Source: Zygnema circumcarinatum SAG 698-1b (Eukaryota; Plantae; Zygnematophyceae). Taken from it: a stretch of DNA of 64,000 nucleotides. The translations under genes and the position numbers were made by a program. Within the stretch, counting starts at the first letter, position 1, and each line of letters starts with the position of its first letter. Of the stretch, positions 12,478-23,600 are shown in pieces. The notes under the pieces are model-generated. The model did no database searches and was not told the DNA's origin. It worked only from the letters and a program-made list of their open reading frames with translations. The stretch covers positions 496,001-560,000 of the forward strand of contig CM074823.1 of assembly GCA_037447605.1 (NCBI GenBank). The letters run 5' to 3'.

Positions 12478-12594
12478 TACCATCTCCGTATATTTTCGTA
12501 CACTTTCGTACACGTCCGCCTCAGGCTTGGCGGCCGCCACGCGTCGTCTCTATCTCCAAGGTTCGCTTTTTGCGAGGGCGACCTAAAGCTCGAC

Positions 12595-12660
12595 ACTGGC
12601 CAATGGGGACACACCACGTGTAAAATGCATCACGTGGCGGATCGCCATTGGATGAGCTCC
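12595..12660 (+). promoter_or_regulatory. Candidate proximal promoter module of DHQ-SDH (CCAAT plus two G-box CACGTG)
   Basis: GCCAATGGGGACACACCACGTGTAAAATGCATCACGTGGCGG, ~300 bp upstream of the ATG. Motif match only. Confidence 0.35.
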
Positions 12661-12928
12661 AGCGTGTTTTTTTCGCAATGGATCTAAAACCTCAAAGGTT
12701 GAACTCGGCGCCAAAACCCTGACAGCTGTGCGCTCGTACTGGATCAGGAGGGAGAGAGGGGAGAGAGGGGAGAGAGGGAGAGAGGGAGAGAGGGAGAGGG
12801 AGAAGGGAGAGGGAGGGAGAAGAGTGGGAGAGGGAGAGGGAGAGGGAGAGGGAGTGAGGGAGGGAGAGAGAAGGAGAGGGAGAGTGGGAGTGGGAGAGAG
12901 AGGGACAGAGAGAGAGGGAGGGCGAGCC

Positions 12929-15905
12929 ATGGCGGCGTCCACGTGTCGACTGTGCGCGACGTTGACGGCGGAGAGCGTGGAGGGCATGTTGGAGCAGGCG
13001 GCGGAGGCTGCTGACGGCGGCGCTGACGTCATGGAGTTTCGCCTCGACAAACTGGCGAGGTTCGAGCCCGCGCGCGACCTCGCGACGCTGCTCCGAAGGA
13101 GGAGGCTGCCCGCCATAGTGACGTACAGGTGGGCGGGGGGAAGGGGGGGGAGGGGGGGAGAGGGGGAGGGGTGGAGAGGAGTGGGGGAGGGGGTGAGAAA
13201 GAGGGGGTGGGAGGGGGGGAAGGGGGAGGGGGAGAGGGGGAGTGGGGGAGGGGGTGAGAGAGGGGGGGGCGGGGGGAGAGGGGGAGCGGGGGAGAGAGGA
13301 GAGGGGGAAGAGGGGGAGAGGGGGAGGGGAGAGGGAGAGGGGAGGGGGAGAGGGGAGGGGGAGAGGGGAGGGGGAGTGGGAAGAGGGGGAAGAGGGGGAG
13401 GGGGAGGGGGGAGGGAGGAGGGAGAGGGAGAGGAGGAGAGGGGGAGAGGGGGAGAGGGGGAGAGGGGAGGGGGAGAGGGAGAGGGGGAGAGGGAGAGGGA
13501 GAGGGGAGGGGGAGGGGGAGAAGGAGAGGGGAGGGGGAGGGAGGGTGGGAGGGGTAATCCGGTTCCATTTGTTTTGGTTTGCCGGGAGAAGCTTTTGATG
13601 AGGGGTAAGAGGGGAGGGGGGAAGGGGGAAGAGGGGAGGGGGGGAGGGGGGAGAGGGGGAGGGAGAAGAGGGGGAGGGGGAGTGAGGGAGATGGAAGAGG
13701 GGGAGTAGGGGAGTGGGGGAGGCGGGAATGGAGAGGTGGAGGAGACTCTCGTTGGCACACTCTCTCTCCCTCATGCACACGCACTCGTCCTCGCTCCCTC
13801 TGTGCTCCTTGTCTGTCGTCGGGTTTCTCGCTCGCCCTCTCTCCCTCTACGTCCCTCCCTCCCTTTCTCCTCTTTGGCTCTCCGTCNNNNNNNNNNNNNN
13901 NNNNNNNNNNNNNNNNNNNNNNNNNNNNNNNNNNNNNNNNNNNNNNNNNNNNNNNNNNNNNNNNNNNNNNNNNNNNNNNNNNNNNNACAGATGGAGAACA
14001 GGCGCATGAATTTGAGAGAAGGAGAGAGGGGGAGAGGAGAAAGGAGAGGGAGGGGGGGTACAAAGCCGTTACGGTTCTACGCACAACATTTAAATAAAGA
14101 AAAAGTAAAAAGTATAATCGGTGGAGGGGGAGATTACAGAGACTGGGACAAGTTGTTGAGAGTAATGTGGGTTGGAAATGACTATTGTTAACTTCTCCCT
14201 CCCATTCCACTCTCTGTCACTCTCGCTCTCCCACTCTCGCCCTCTCCCTCTCTCGTTTTTTTCTCTCACTCGCTTTCACTCACTATCTCTCGTACCTCTC
14301 TCACTCGATTTCCCTCTCTCTTCCTCTCTCACTCGTTTTGTCTCTCTCGCCACCTCTCTTACTCGTTTTCTCTCTCTCGCTACCTCTCTCACTCGCTTCC
14401 TCTCTCTCTCGCTACTTCTCACTCGTTTTTTCTCTCTCTTGCTACCTCTCTCTTCTCTCTCCCCCCTCTCTCTCTCCCTCCCTCTCCCTCTCCCTCCCTC
14501 TCCCTCAGGCTATAGGTGCCGTAAACACAATCGTTCGGAGGCCAAGTGACGGAAAATTGATCGGATACAACACTGACGCCGGAGCGGCAATTTCCGCAAT
14601 AGAGGAAGGGCTCATTCAAAGAGAAGGTCAGGAAATTTGAACGGACGGAATTCAGAATTTACGGATTTACAGCCTAGATTACGGAACTGCTATTCAACGT
14701 TAAACGTGATGATTTAAAATTGCTGAATCCACTCAAAAGTCTCTTCAGAAAGCAATTTTTTTCACTAGTTTTTTGACAACTAATCTTCATTTCTGCTTGT
14801 TGTTCTGTCAGTTTTTATGATTTTGGGTCTTCTATGCTTTTTAATGAACAGGAGGAGGTGAAGTACTGTCACAGTTTCAGTTATCTGTCCAATTTGTAGA
14901 ATTTTGGAACTTTTCAAGGTCTTAAAGTTTGTAGAGTTTTAGGGATTTTACGGCTGAACGGAGCGTGGGTGCATGGAGATGGTGGTGCAGGGAGGGACGA
15001 GAGTGGGAGGGGCCCCTTGGAGGGGAGACTTGTGGTAGTGTTGGGAGCGGGAGGGGCAGGGAGAGCTATCGCATTCGGAGCAAAACAGAAAGGAGCAAGA
15101 GTGATTATTGCGAACAGAGGATTCGGTGAGTGAGAGAGAGAAAGAGAGGGAGGGAGGGAGGGAGGAGATTGTGGGAAAGAGTGGTGGGAGGGAGGGAGGG
15201 AGAGGAGGGAGGGAGGAGAGAGGTTGGGAGGAGGGAAATTGTGGGAGAGATAGAGAGGTGGAAGGGAGAGGGAGGGGGAAGCAGGAGGAGATTCTGGGGA
15301 GATAGAGAGATGGAAGGGAAAGTGGAAGCGAGGGAGAGTGAGGAAGAGGGTGAGGGAGAGGGAGAGGGAAGAGAAGCAGGAGGAAATTGTGGCAAGAGGG
15401 AAAAGGGAGAGAGCAGGTGAGGGAGGGTAAGAGGACGAGGGAGAGGGAGGACTGCAGGGAGGAGATTTCGGGAGAGGAGGGAGAGAGCGAGAGAGAGAGT
15501 GAGGAGAGCAGATGCTGGAAGGAAAGAGAGTGAGATGAGGGAGAGGGCAAGCGGGGAGAGTGGGAGAGAGGAGTGAGAGAAAGGGAAGGAGGAAAGAGGT
15601 TGCGTAAGAGAGACACAGTGATATGAAGAACTAGCAAGAAAGAGAAGCAAAGAGGGAAATTGAGAAATCATAATCAAAATTGGGTCGCGACTTTGACAGT
15701 AATCAAAAGAGAGGGAGAGGGAGGGGATGCGAGTTGGAGATCAACTGACGGAGAGGGGCAGAGAAAGACAGCGAGAGGGAGAGAGCATGCGTAGGAGAGG
15801 AAGGGAGTAGGCAGAGCAAGCAAGCGAGCGTTACGTACAGGACGAGAGCCAGAGAGAGTGAGAGAGTGAGAGAGAGAGAGAGTGAGAGAGAGTGAGAGAG
15901 AGAGA

Positions 15906-15978
<73 letters not shown>

Positions 15979-18161
15979 GCGGTTTCTGAGTTGGGATATA
16001 TACTGCGCTGCACCTCGCAGAGAGGGCGCAAGAGTTGGCCCGCAGTGTGGGAGCGGAGGCCATCCCTCTCTCCGACCTGCGGGAGGCTCCCCCCGCGGGA
16101 GAGGGAGGGAGAGGGCCCGTCCTCGCGAACACGACCTCTGTGGGCATGCACCCTCACGGAGACGAGATTCCCGTGCCGCCGGTGAGCCCAAGGGGGGGCT
16201 GGTTTGTGGGTTGTGGGTTGTGGGTTGTGGGTTGTGGGTTGTGGGTTGTGGGTTGTGGGTTGTGGGTTGTGGGTTGTGGGTTGTGGGTTGTGGGTTGTGG
16301 GTTGTGGGTTGTGGGTTGTGGGTTGTGGGTTGTGGGTTGTGGGTTGTGGGTTGTGGGTTGTGGGTTGTGGGTTGTGGGTTGTGGGTTGTGGGTTGTGGGT
16401 TGTGGGTTGTGGGTTGTGGGTTGTGGGTTGTGGGTTGTGGGTTTTGATGGATTTTCTCGACCTCCCTCCCTCCCCTCCTTCGTCCCTCCTCCCCTCCGTC
16501 CTCCCTCCCTCCTCCTCTCTCCTTCCTCCCCACTCTCCTTCCTCTCCCTTTCTCCTCACCTCCCTCCCTTCTCTCACCTCTTCTTCCCTCCTCCTCTTCC
16601 TCCTCCTCCTCATTACTCTCCTCCTCCCCTCCTCCCTCCCTCCCCCTCCTTCCCTCCCCTCCCCCCTTCCTCCCCATCCCTCCTCCTCCTCCTCTCCCTC
16701 CCTCTCTTTCCCTCTCCCTCCTCCTAACCCCTCCCTCCCATCCTTCCCCTTCTTCCCTCCTTTTCCTCCCTCCCCCTCTACTGCTCCTCCTCTTCTTCCT
16801 TCTTTCTCCCTCCCTCCCTCCATTTACCCTCCTCCCTCCTCCATTTACCCTCCTCCTCCCTACTCCCCTCCTCTTTCTTCCCTCCCTCCTTACTCTTCCT
16901 CTCCTCCCTCCCTCCCTCCCTGGGTGGCCAGTCTTGTCTCTCCGGGTGGGCCGCCGTGTTCGACGCGGTGTACACGCCCATGCGCACGGCCCTCCTCCTC
17001 GAGGCCGCCGCCCGCGGGGCCGCGCCGGTCAGCGGGGTCGAAATGTTCGTCGGGCAGGCGGCCGCGCAGGTCCGCCTCTTCACGGGCAGGGCAGGTCCGT
17101 ACATGCGTCAGCCCTACACCCGCAACCCTACTGAACCCTAAACCCAACTAAACCCTAAACCCTACTAAACCCTACACCCTACTAAACCCTAAACCCTACT
17201 AAACCCTAAACCTTACTAAACCCTGAACCGTACTAAACCCTAAACCCAACCAAACCCTAAACCCTACTAAACCTGAACCCAACTTAACCCTAAACCCAAC
17301 TAAACCCTAAACCCAACTAAACCTGAACCCTACTAAACCCTGAACCCTACTAAACCCTAAACCCTACTAAACCCTAAACCCTACTAAACCTGAACCCTAC
17401 TAAACCCTGAACCCTACTAAACCCTAAACCTTACTAAACCCTGAACCCTACTAAACCCTAAACCCAACTAAACCCTAAACCCTAAACCCTACTAAACCTG
17501 AACCCAACTTAACCCTAAACCCAACTAAACCCTAAACCCAACTAAACCTGAACCCTACTAAACCCTGAACCCTACTAAACCCTAAACCCTACTAAACCCT
17601 AAACCCTACTAAACCCTGAACCCTACTAAACCCTAAACCCTACTAAACCCTAAACCCTACTAAACCCTAAACCCTACTAAACCCTACTAAACCCTAAACC
17701 CTACTAAACCCTAAACCCTACTAAACCCTGAACCCTACTAAACCCTAAACCCTACTAAACCCTAAACCCTACTAAACCCTGAACCCTACTAAACCCTTGC
17801 TCCGCCCTGCACCCTAAACCATACTGAACTCTAAACTCTAAAACCTTAAATTCTAAAGCCTAAACCTGACACCTTCAACCAACCTTAAAACCTGAACCCT
17901 AAATCGTAAACTCTTAACCCTAAACCTTACTAAACCCTAAACCCTACTAAACCTTAAACCCTAATCCGTCCCCCTTCCTTCCGCCTCAAGCCCAAAACCC
18001 CATTTTGAAGGGGCACAATTTTCTTCCCTTTTTTTTTCGAGTGCTTGTACTTTGATTGTTCTGTACTTCAATTTAACAGTTCTATGTTTTTTTTCTCCGT
18101 TTCTGTTGCAGCTCCCGTTGACCTGATGAGGGAAGTCGTCGTACGGAGTTTGACCCCTTGA
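12929..18161 (+). CDS. EMB3004: Bifunctional 3-dehydroquinate dehydratase / shikimate dehydrogenase (plant DHQ-SDH type); internal exons missing in the N gap
   Basis: Exons 12929-13128 ([12 protein letters not shown]...ADVMEFRLD...LPAIVTYR), [gap 13887-13987], 14509-14626 ([23 protein letters not shown]), 14991 (or 14943)-15125 ([30 protein letters not shown]), 16021-16181 ([12 protein letters not shown]), 16932-17094 (VFDAVYTP...[10 protein letters not shown]), 18112-18161 ([16 protein letters not shown]). All are GT-AG with consistent phases. Confidence 0.93.
16204..16443 (+). repeat. Perfect (TTGTGGG)n telomere-variant array, ~34 copies, intronic
   Basis: Direct reading; begins ~22 nt after the DHQ-SDH donor at 16182. 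Confidence 0.95.
17125..17962 (+). repeat. Degenerate interstitial telomere-like array (AAACCCT interleaved with AAACCCTACT), intronic
   Basis: Direct reading; fills most of the last DHQ-SDH intron. Confidence 0.9.
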
Positions 18162-18588
18162 GGGGCACAAAAAAAAAAAAAAACGCGCAGGAATTTTTTG
18201 GGAACAAAAACAGTCGATGAACAAAAAGTTCATAGACGGGCAGAGGAAAAAGTTTGGAGTGCTGGAATTTGCCTCCCTTCTGTCAAAATATTTTCGGGCT
18301 GCCCGCGACATTTTTGACACACTGCGTTGACGGCGTAAATAGCAGCGGAAAATGTGAAGCGGAGAGAGAGAGGGTTAGAGAGGGGGTGAGAGAGAGGAGA
18401 GAGAGGAAGTGGGTTAGAGAGGGGAGAGAGAGAGGGGTAGAGAGACAGGGAGGGAGTGGGTTAGAGGGGAGAGAGCGAGAGAGAGTGAGTGGGTTAGAGA
18501 GAGAAGTATAGAGAGTCAGTGCTTTATAACAGTGTAGATAATGATTTCCCGGGCTATCCCCAGGGCCTATAGAGAGTCAAGAGAGGGA

Positions 18589-18635
<47 letters not shown>

Positions 18636-19650
18636 GGAGTAGTGTAGTTCAGCTTTATACCGTTCCAACCGTTCGGTACAATAAAATATTAGGTGTTAAG
18701 CCGTAAGGTTTATGACAATAAACCAGGTTTTTCCTTTGACCTTTTTGGTTTGCTATTTCAGTGCAGTCTTTAGCGCAAATTTCGCTCTCTTAATTTATAA
18801 AAACTTTTATCCGTTGGCTCCAACCTCCAACCTTTGAAAGCCTTCGAGTTGCGATTTTGCTTTCTGGGTATAATGGTTTCTGGTTTTTGGTTTTTGGTTT
18901 TTGGTTTGTGGTTAAACCTAAAAACAATTCTATTTATATAGCGCATATTTCCTTACATTTAGATATACTTTTAGTTTCTAATTACAGAGTTTGTCAGTGT
19001 CTTAGTTAGCTCCTGTCATATTTGCTTTGTTAGTCACCTATTTACTTAGATAATGATACTTAAGTTATCAAAGAAAAAAGAAAAAAAATGAATGTGCTCA
19101 AGCTTGATCCCGTGTGAAGCCTTTTTGCATTTGCAGTTGATTCTGATGAAAGTAAATCAAACTTTAATCTCCCTCAAAGTATTCAATCGAGTTCTTTGGG
19201 GTTTGGAAATAGAAGAAGAAGAAGCAGGGTAGTGAGAGAATGAAGGAATGCTTCTACCTTTTTTCTTTTTTTTTTTTTTTTTTTTGTAGCAGAGTGAATT
19301 AAGCATATGGGCATCTCAAGCGTTTTTTAATTCCATGTTTTTTTTTTGGTCCTCTCTTAATTGTGATGTGATGGGCTTAACTGGGAAAGGGCAGGTGCCA
19401 ATGGTTGGCAACCATTCGAATGGTTGCCAACCATTGGACCGGAACAACCATTGGCAATTGTCGATAATCTCCATTTTTCTGAATCTCTTCAAACAAAAAC
19501 ACAACAAAACTGTAAATCTAAAGAACCCAAAAACCAAAAAACCAAAATACTAGCTAAGAAACCAGAAACCGAAAAACTTCGACAAGTTTTCATCGACCAG
19601 TCAGTTCACACAAAACCCAAAACCAAAAAATCTCTTGAAATCCTGCAGAT

Positions 19651-19681
<31 letters not shown>

Positions 19682-19728
19682 AAGGACCCCTAAAACCCCA
19701 AACCCACAAACCCTAATTTTCAGCTGCT

Positions 19729-20635
19729 TTACAGACGAAGCGGCAGCGACATCGAAGGGGACTGACTGGCCGGGTCGGCGGTGGTCCCCTCCTTGATGAC
19801 ATCATCATCATCGTTGCTGACACTATCATCGTCGTCGCTGACGTCATCATCATCACTCCCTCCCTCCCGTGTCATCTCCTCCGTCTCCTCATCTCCCACT
19901 ATCCCGCTTCTCTCTCTCTCCCTCTTCCTCCCTCTCTCTCCCCCACTCTCTCGCCCTCTGTCTCTCCCTCTCCTCCCTCCCATCGAGTCCGGCTCTATTA
20001 TCCTTATCATCTTCGTAATGAACATTGACTGTTGGGAGTCAACAAGTCTCCCTCCCTCTCCCTCTCCCACTCCCACTCCCACACCTCGTCCAGGAGCCCA
20101 CTCTCCTTCTCTCTCTCCATAAGAATCCAAATTACCACCAACTTGGCTACCTCCTCTCAGTCTGAAAGCCTCTCCCTCTCCCTCTCCCTCTCCCTCTCCC
20201 TCTCCCTCTCCCTCTNNNNNNNNNNCCTCTCCCTCTCCCTCTCCCTCTCCCTCTCCCTCTCCCTCTCCCTCTGCCTCTCCCTCTCCCTCTCCCTCTCCCT
20301 CACCTCCGCTCCCTCTTTCTCTCTCTGCCCTCTGAAAACTCGATGAGAGAGAGTGATCACAGCTCCTACTAACCTCTCCCACAAAAGGAGGCCCTTCTGA
20401 TTGGCTTCCGTGAATTAAAGGATGTCGATAAAAAGCAGGCGTCGCAGTTTCCATGTGAAATCCGTTCAACGGATTTTCTAACTGCTGCATAGAGCCTCCC
20501 TCTGCCTCCTTCCCCTCCCTTTTCTCACTCCCTCGTCCTCCTCTCACTTCCTCCCTCTTTTCAGCTTCCCCAATCGAGACACACTCCTCCTTTCCCCCTC
20601 TCTCCCTCTCCCTCTCCCTCTCCCTNNNNNNNNNN

Positions 20636-20680
<45 letters not shown>

Positions 20681-23600
20681 TCCCTCTCCCTCTCTCTCTC
20701 CCTCTCTCTCTCCCTCTCCTCCTCGTTGTGAAGACGCTCCACCCAAGCATTGTTGACTCCTATTTTCTCCTTCACCCCATTTTCAGCAATCCCATTTTCT
20801 GGTATTTGGGTATCTCCTTCCATTGGGAGAGTCTCTCCTGCTAAAGGACAAATTTCTTTCAGAGGAAAAAACTGTACCTCTGAAAGGAGTTGTGTTCCCT
20901 CTAATTGTGAAGGATGTGGAGCCTCTCCCTCTCCCATACACTGAGAAGGAGGCCCTCTCTCTCTCCTGTCTCCTCTCTCTTCTCTCTCTCCTTGCTCTCT
21001 TCTCTCGTTCTCTCTCACTCCTCCCTCTTGTGGTTCTGTCTCTCCTTCATCCTCATGCCCTCCTCCTTCCCTCTCTCCTTCCTCCCTTTCTGAACCCCCC
21101 CCATCCTCTCCTTCTTCTCCTCTCTCTCCCTTCCCCTCCGCTCCGTCCTGTTCAGTATCTCCTTCATCCCCTCCCTCTTCCTTTCTCTCTCCTCCTTTCT
21201 GTTCCTTATCTCCCCCATCCTCTCCTCCTCCCGCGGGTTCCGTCTCTCCTCCCATCTCTCCCTCTCCTCCCTCTCCCTCTCCCTCTCCCTCTCCCACTCC
21301 CACTCTCTCTCTCTCTCCCACTCGCACTCCCCCTCTCACTCCCTCTCCCTCTCCCGCTCCCTCTCCCTCTCCCTCTTCCTCTCCCTCTCCTCCACCTCCC
21401 TCTCCCTCTCCCTCCATCTGTGTATCCCCCTCAGCATCTACCAGATCTGCCACCTGTCCCTGTTCCATGTGCTCGATCCCTTCCGTACGACCACACTCAG
21501 CCGCCGTTCCATGTCGGAAAACTCCGTTCAGTTCCGTTGCCCTTTCTGTTACCGGCTTTGTTGCAGTTTCTATGCTTGTTCGTTTTACGGTTTCAGTTTC
21601 GTCCTCAGTTTCGTCCTCCAAATTCCGAATAAGAGTCTGCATTTGTTCCTGCAATCGAATTTGAAGAGTCGAAATTTCCGAAGCAGATGCGTGAAACGCC
21701 CGCAACTGAGTTTCTCTGTGAACAAAATCACAAAAAAAAAAAAAAAAATTATAAAAGAGAATCAGAATTGATCCCTGAATTAATCGTTTCAGACAATATT
21801 TAAAAAAAAAAAAAAAAAAAATTAACGACTTCGTATTTTACCGTAACATGATTTTTTCTTTGGCTCCCTCCAATCGATGTTGTTCCATAGAAAGGCTCCG
21901 GATATATGCGGCGTTCCGTTCCGTTGAAATTTTTATTTGGAGCTCCGCCGCATGGAGAGAGGCCTGAGAGGGAAGCACTGAGAGGAGGAGTTAAGGGAGG
22001 GAGAGGAGAGGGAGGGAGAGGAGGAAGGAGAGAGGAAGAGAAGGAGAGAGAAGCAGAGGGAGGATAGGGAGAAGAGGGAGGGGAGGAGGAGTGGAGAGGA
22101 GAGGGCGGAGCAGGGAGCGGAGGAGGAGAAGAGAGGAGGGAGAGGGAGGAGTAGGAGAGAAAGGACAGGGAGGAGGGGAGGGAGAGGGAGGAGGAGAGAA
22201 AGGAGAGGGAGGAGAGGTGGGAGAGGGAAAGGACAGGGAGGAGGGGAGGGAGAGGGAGGAGGAGAGAAAGGAGAGGGAGGAGAGGTGGGAGAGGGAGGAG
22301 GAGAGGAAGGAGGAGGTGGGAGGGGAGGAGGAGAGAAAGGAGAGGGAGGAGAGGTGGGAGAGGGAGGAGGAGAGAAAGGAGAGGGAGGAGAGGTGGGAGA
22401 GGGAGGAGGAGAGAAAGGAGAGGGAGGAGAGGTGGGAGAGGGAGGAGGAGAGAAAGGAGAGGGAGGAGAGGTGGGAGAGAGGTGGGAGAGGGAGGAGGAG
22501 AGAAAGGAGAGGGAGGAGAGGTGGGAGAGGGAGGAGGAGGGAAAGGAGAGGGAGGGGAGAGGTGGGAGAGGGGGAGGTGGGAGAGGGAAGGAGGGGGAGG
22601 AGGAGGAGGGGTGGGAGAGGGAGGAGGAGAGAAAGGAGAGGGAGGAGAGGTGGGAGAGGGAGGAGGAGAGAAAGGAGAGGGAGGAGAGGTGGGAGAGGGA
22701 GGAGGAGAGAAAGGAGAGGGAGGAGAGGTGGGAGAGGGAGGAGGAGAGAAAGGAGAGGGAGGAGAGGTGGGAGAGGGAGGAGGAGAGAAAGGAGAGGGAG
22801 GAGAGGTGGGAGAGGGAGGAGGAGAGAAAGGAGAGGGAGGAGAGGTGGGAGAGGGAGGAGGAGAGAAAGGAGAGGGAGGAGGGAGGAGAGGTGGGAGGAG
22901 GAGGAGAGGAGAGGGAGGAGAGGTGGGAGAGGGAGGAGGAGAGAAAGGAGAGGGAGGAGAGGTGGGAGAGGGAGGAGGAGAGAAAGGAGAGGGAGGAGAG
23001 GTGGGAGAGGGAGGAGGAGAGAAAGGAGAGGGAGGAGAGGTGGGAGAGGGAGGAGGAGAGAAAGGAGAGGGAGGAGAGGTGGGAGAGGGAGGAGGAGAGA
23101 GAGGTGGGAGAGGGAGGAGGAGAGAAAGGAGAGGGAGGAGAGGTGGGAGAGGGAGGAGGAGAGAAAGGAGAGGGAGGAGAGGTGGGAGAGGGAGGAGGAG
23201 AGAAAGGAGAGGGAGGAGAGGTGGGAGAGGGAGGAGGAGAGAAAGGAGAGGGAGGAGAGGTGGGAGAGGGAGGAGGAGAGAAGGAGAGGTGGAAGGAGAG
23301 GTGAGGGAGAGGGAGGAGGAGAGAAAGAGAGGAGAGGGAGGAGAGGTGGGAGAGGGAGGAGGAGAGAAAGGAGAGGCAGGAGAGGTGGGAGAGGGAGGAG
23401 GAGAGAAAGGAGAGGCAGGAGAGGTGGGAGAGGGAGGAGGAGAGAAAGGAGAGGGAGGAGAGGTGGGAGAGGGAGGAGGAGAGAAAGGAGAGGGAGGAGA
23501 GGTGGGAGAGGGAGGAGGAGAGAAAGGAGAGGGAGGAGAGGTGGGAGAGGGAGGAGGAGAGAAAGGAGAGGGGGAGGGGAGGAGGAGAGAAAGAGAGGGA

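Noticed and set aside
17125-17962. Chromosome end or telomere fusion site
   Set aside because: The array lies inside an intron between in-frame exons of an intact gene and is degenerate.
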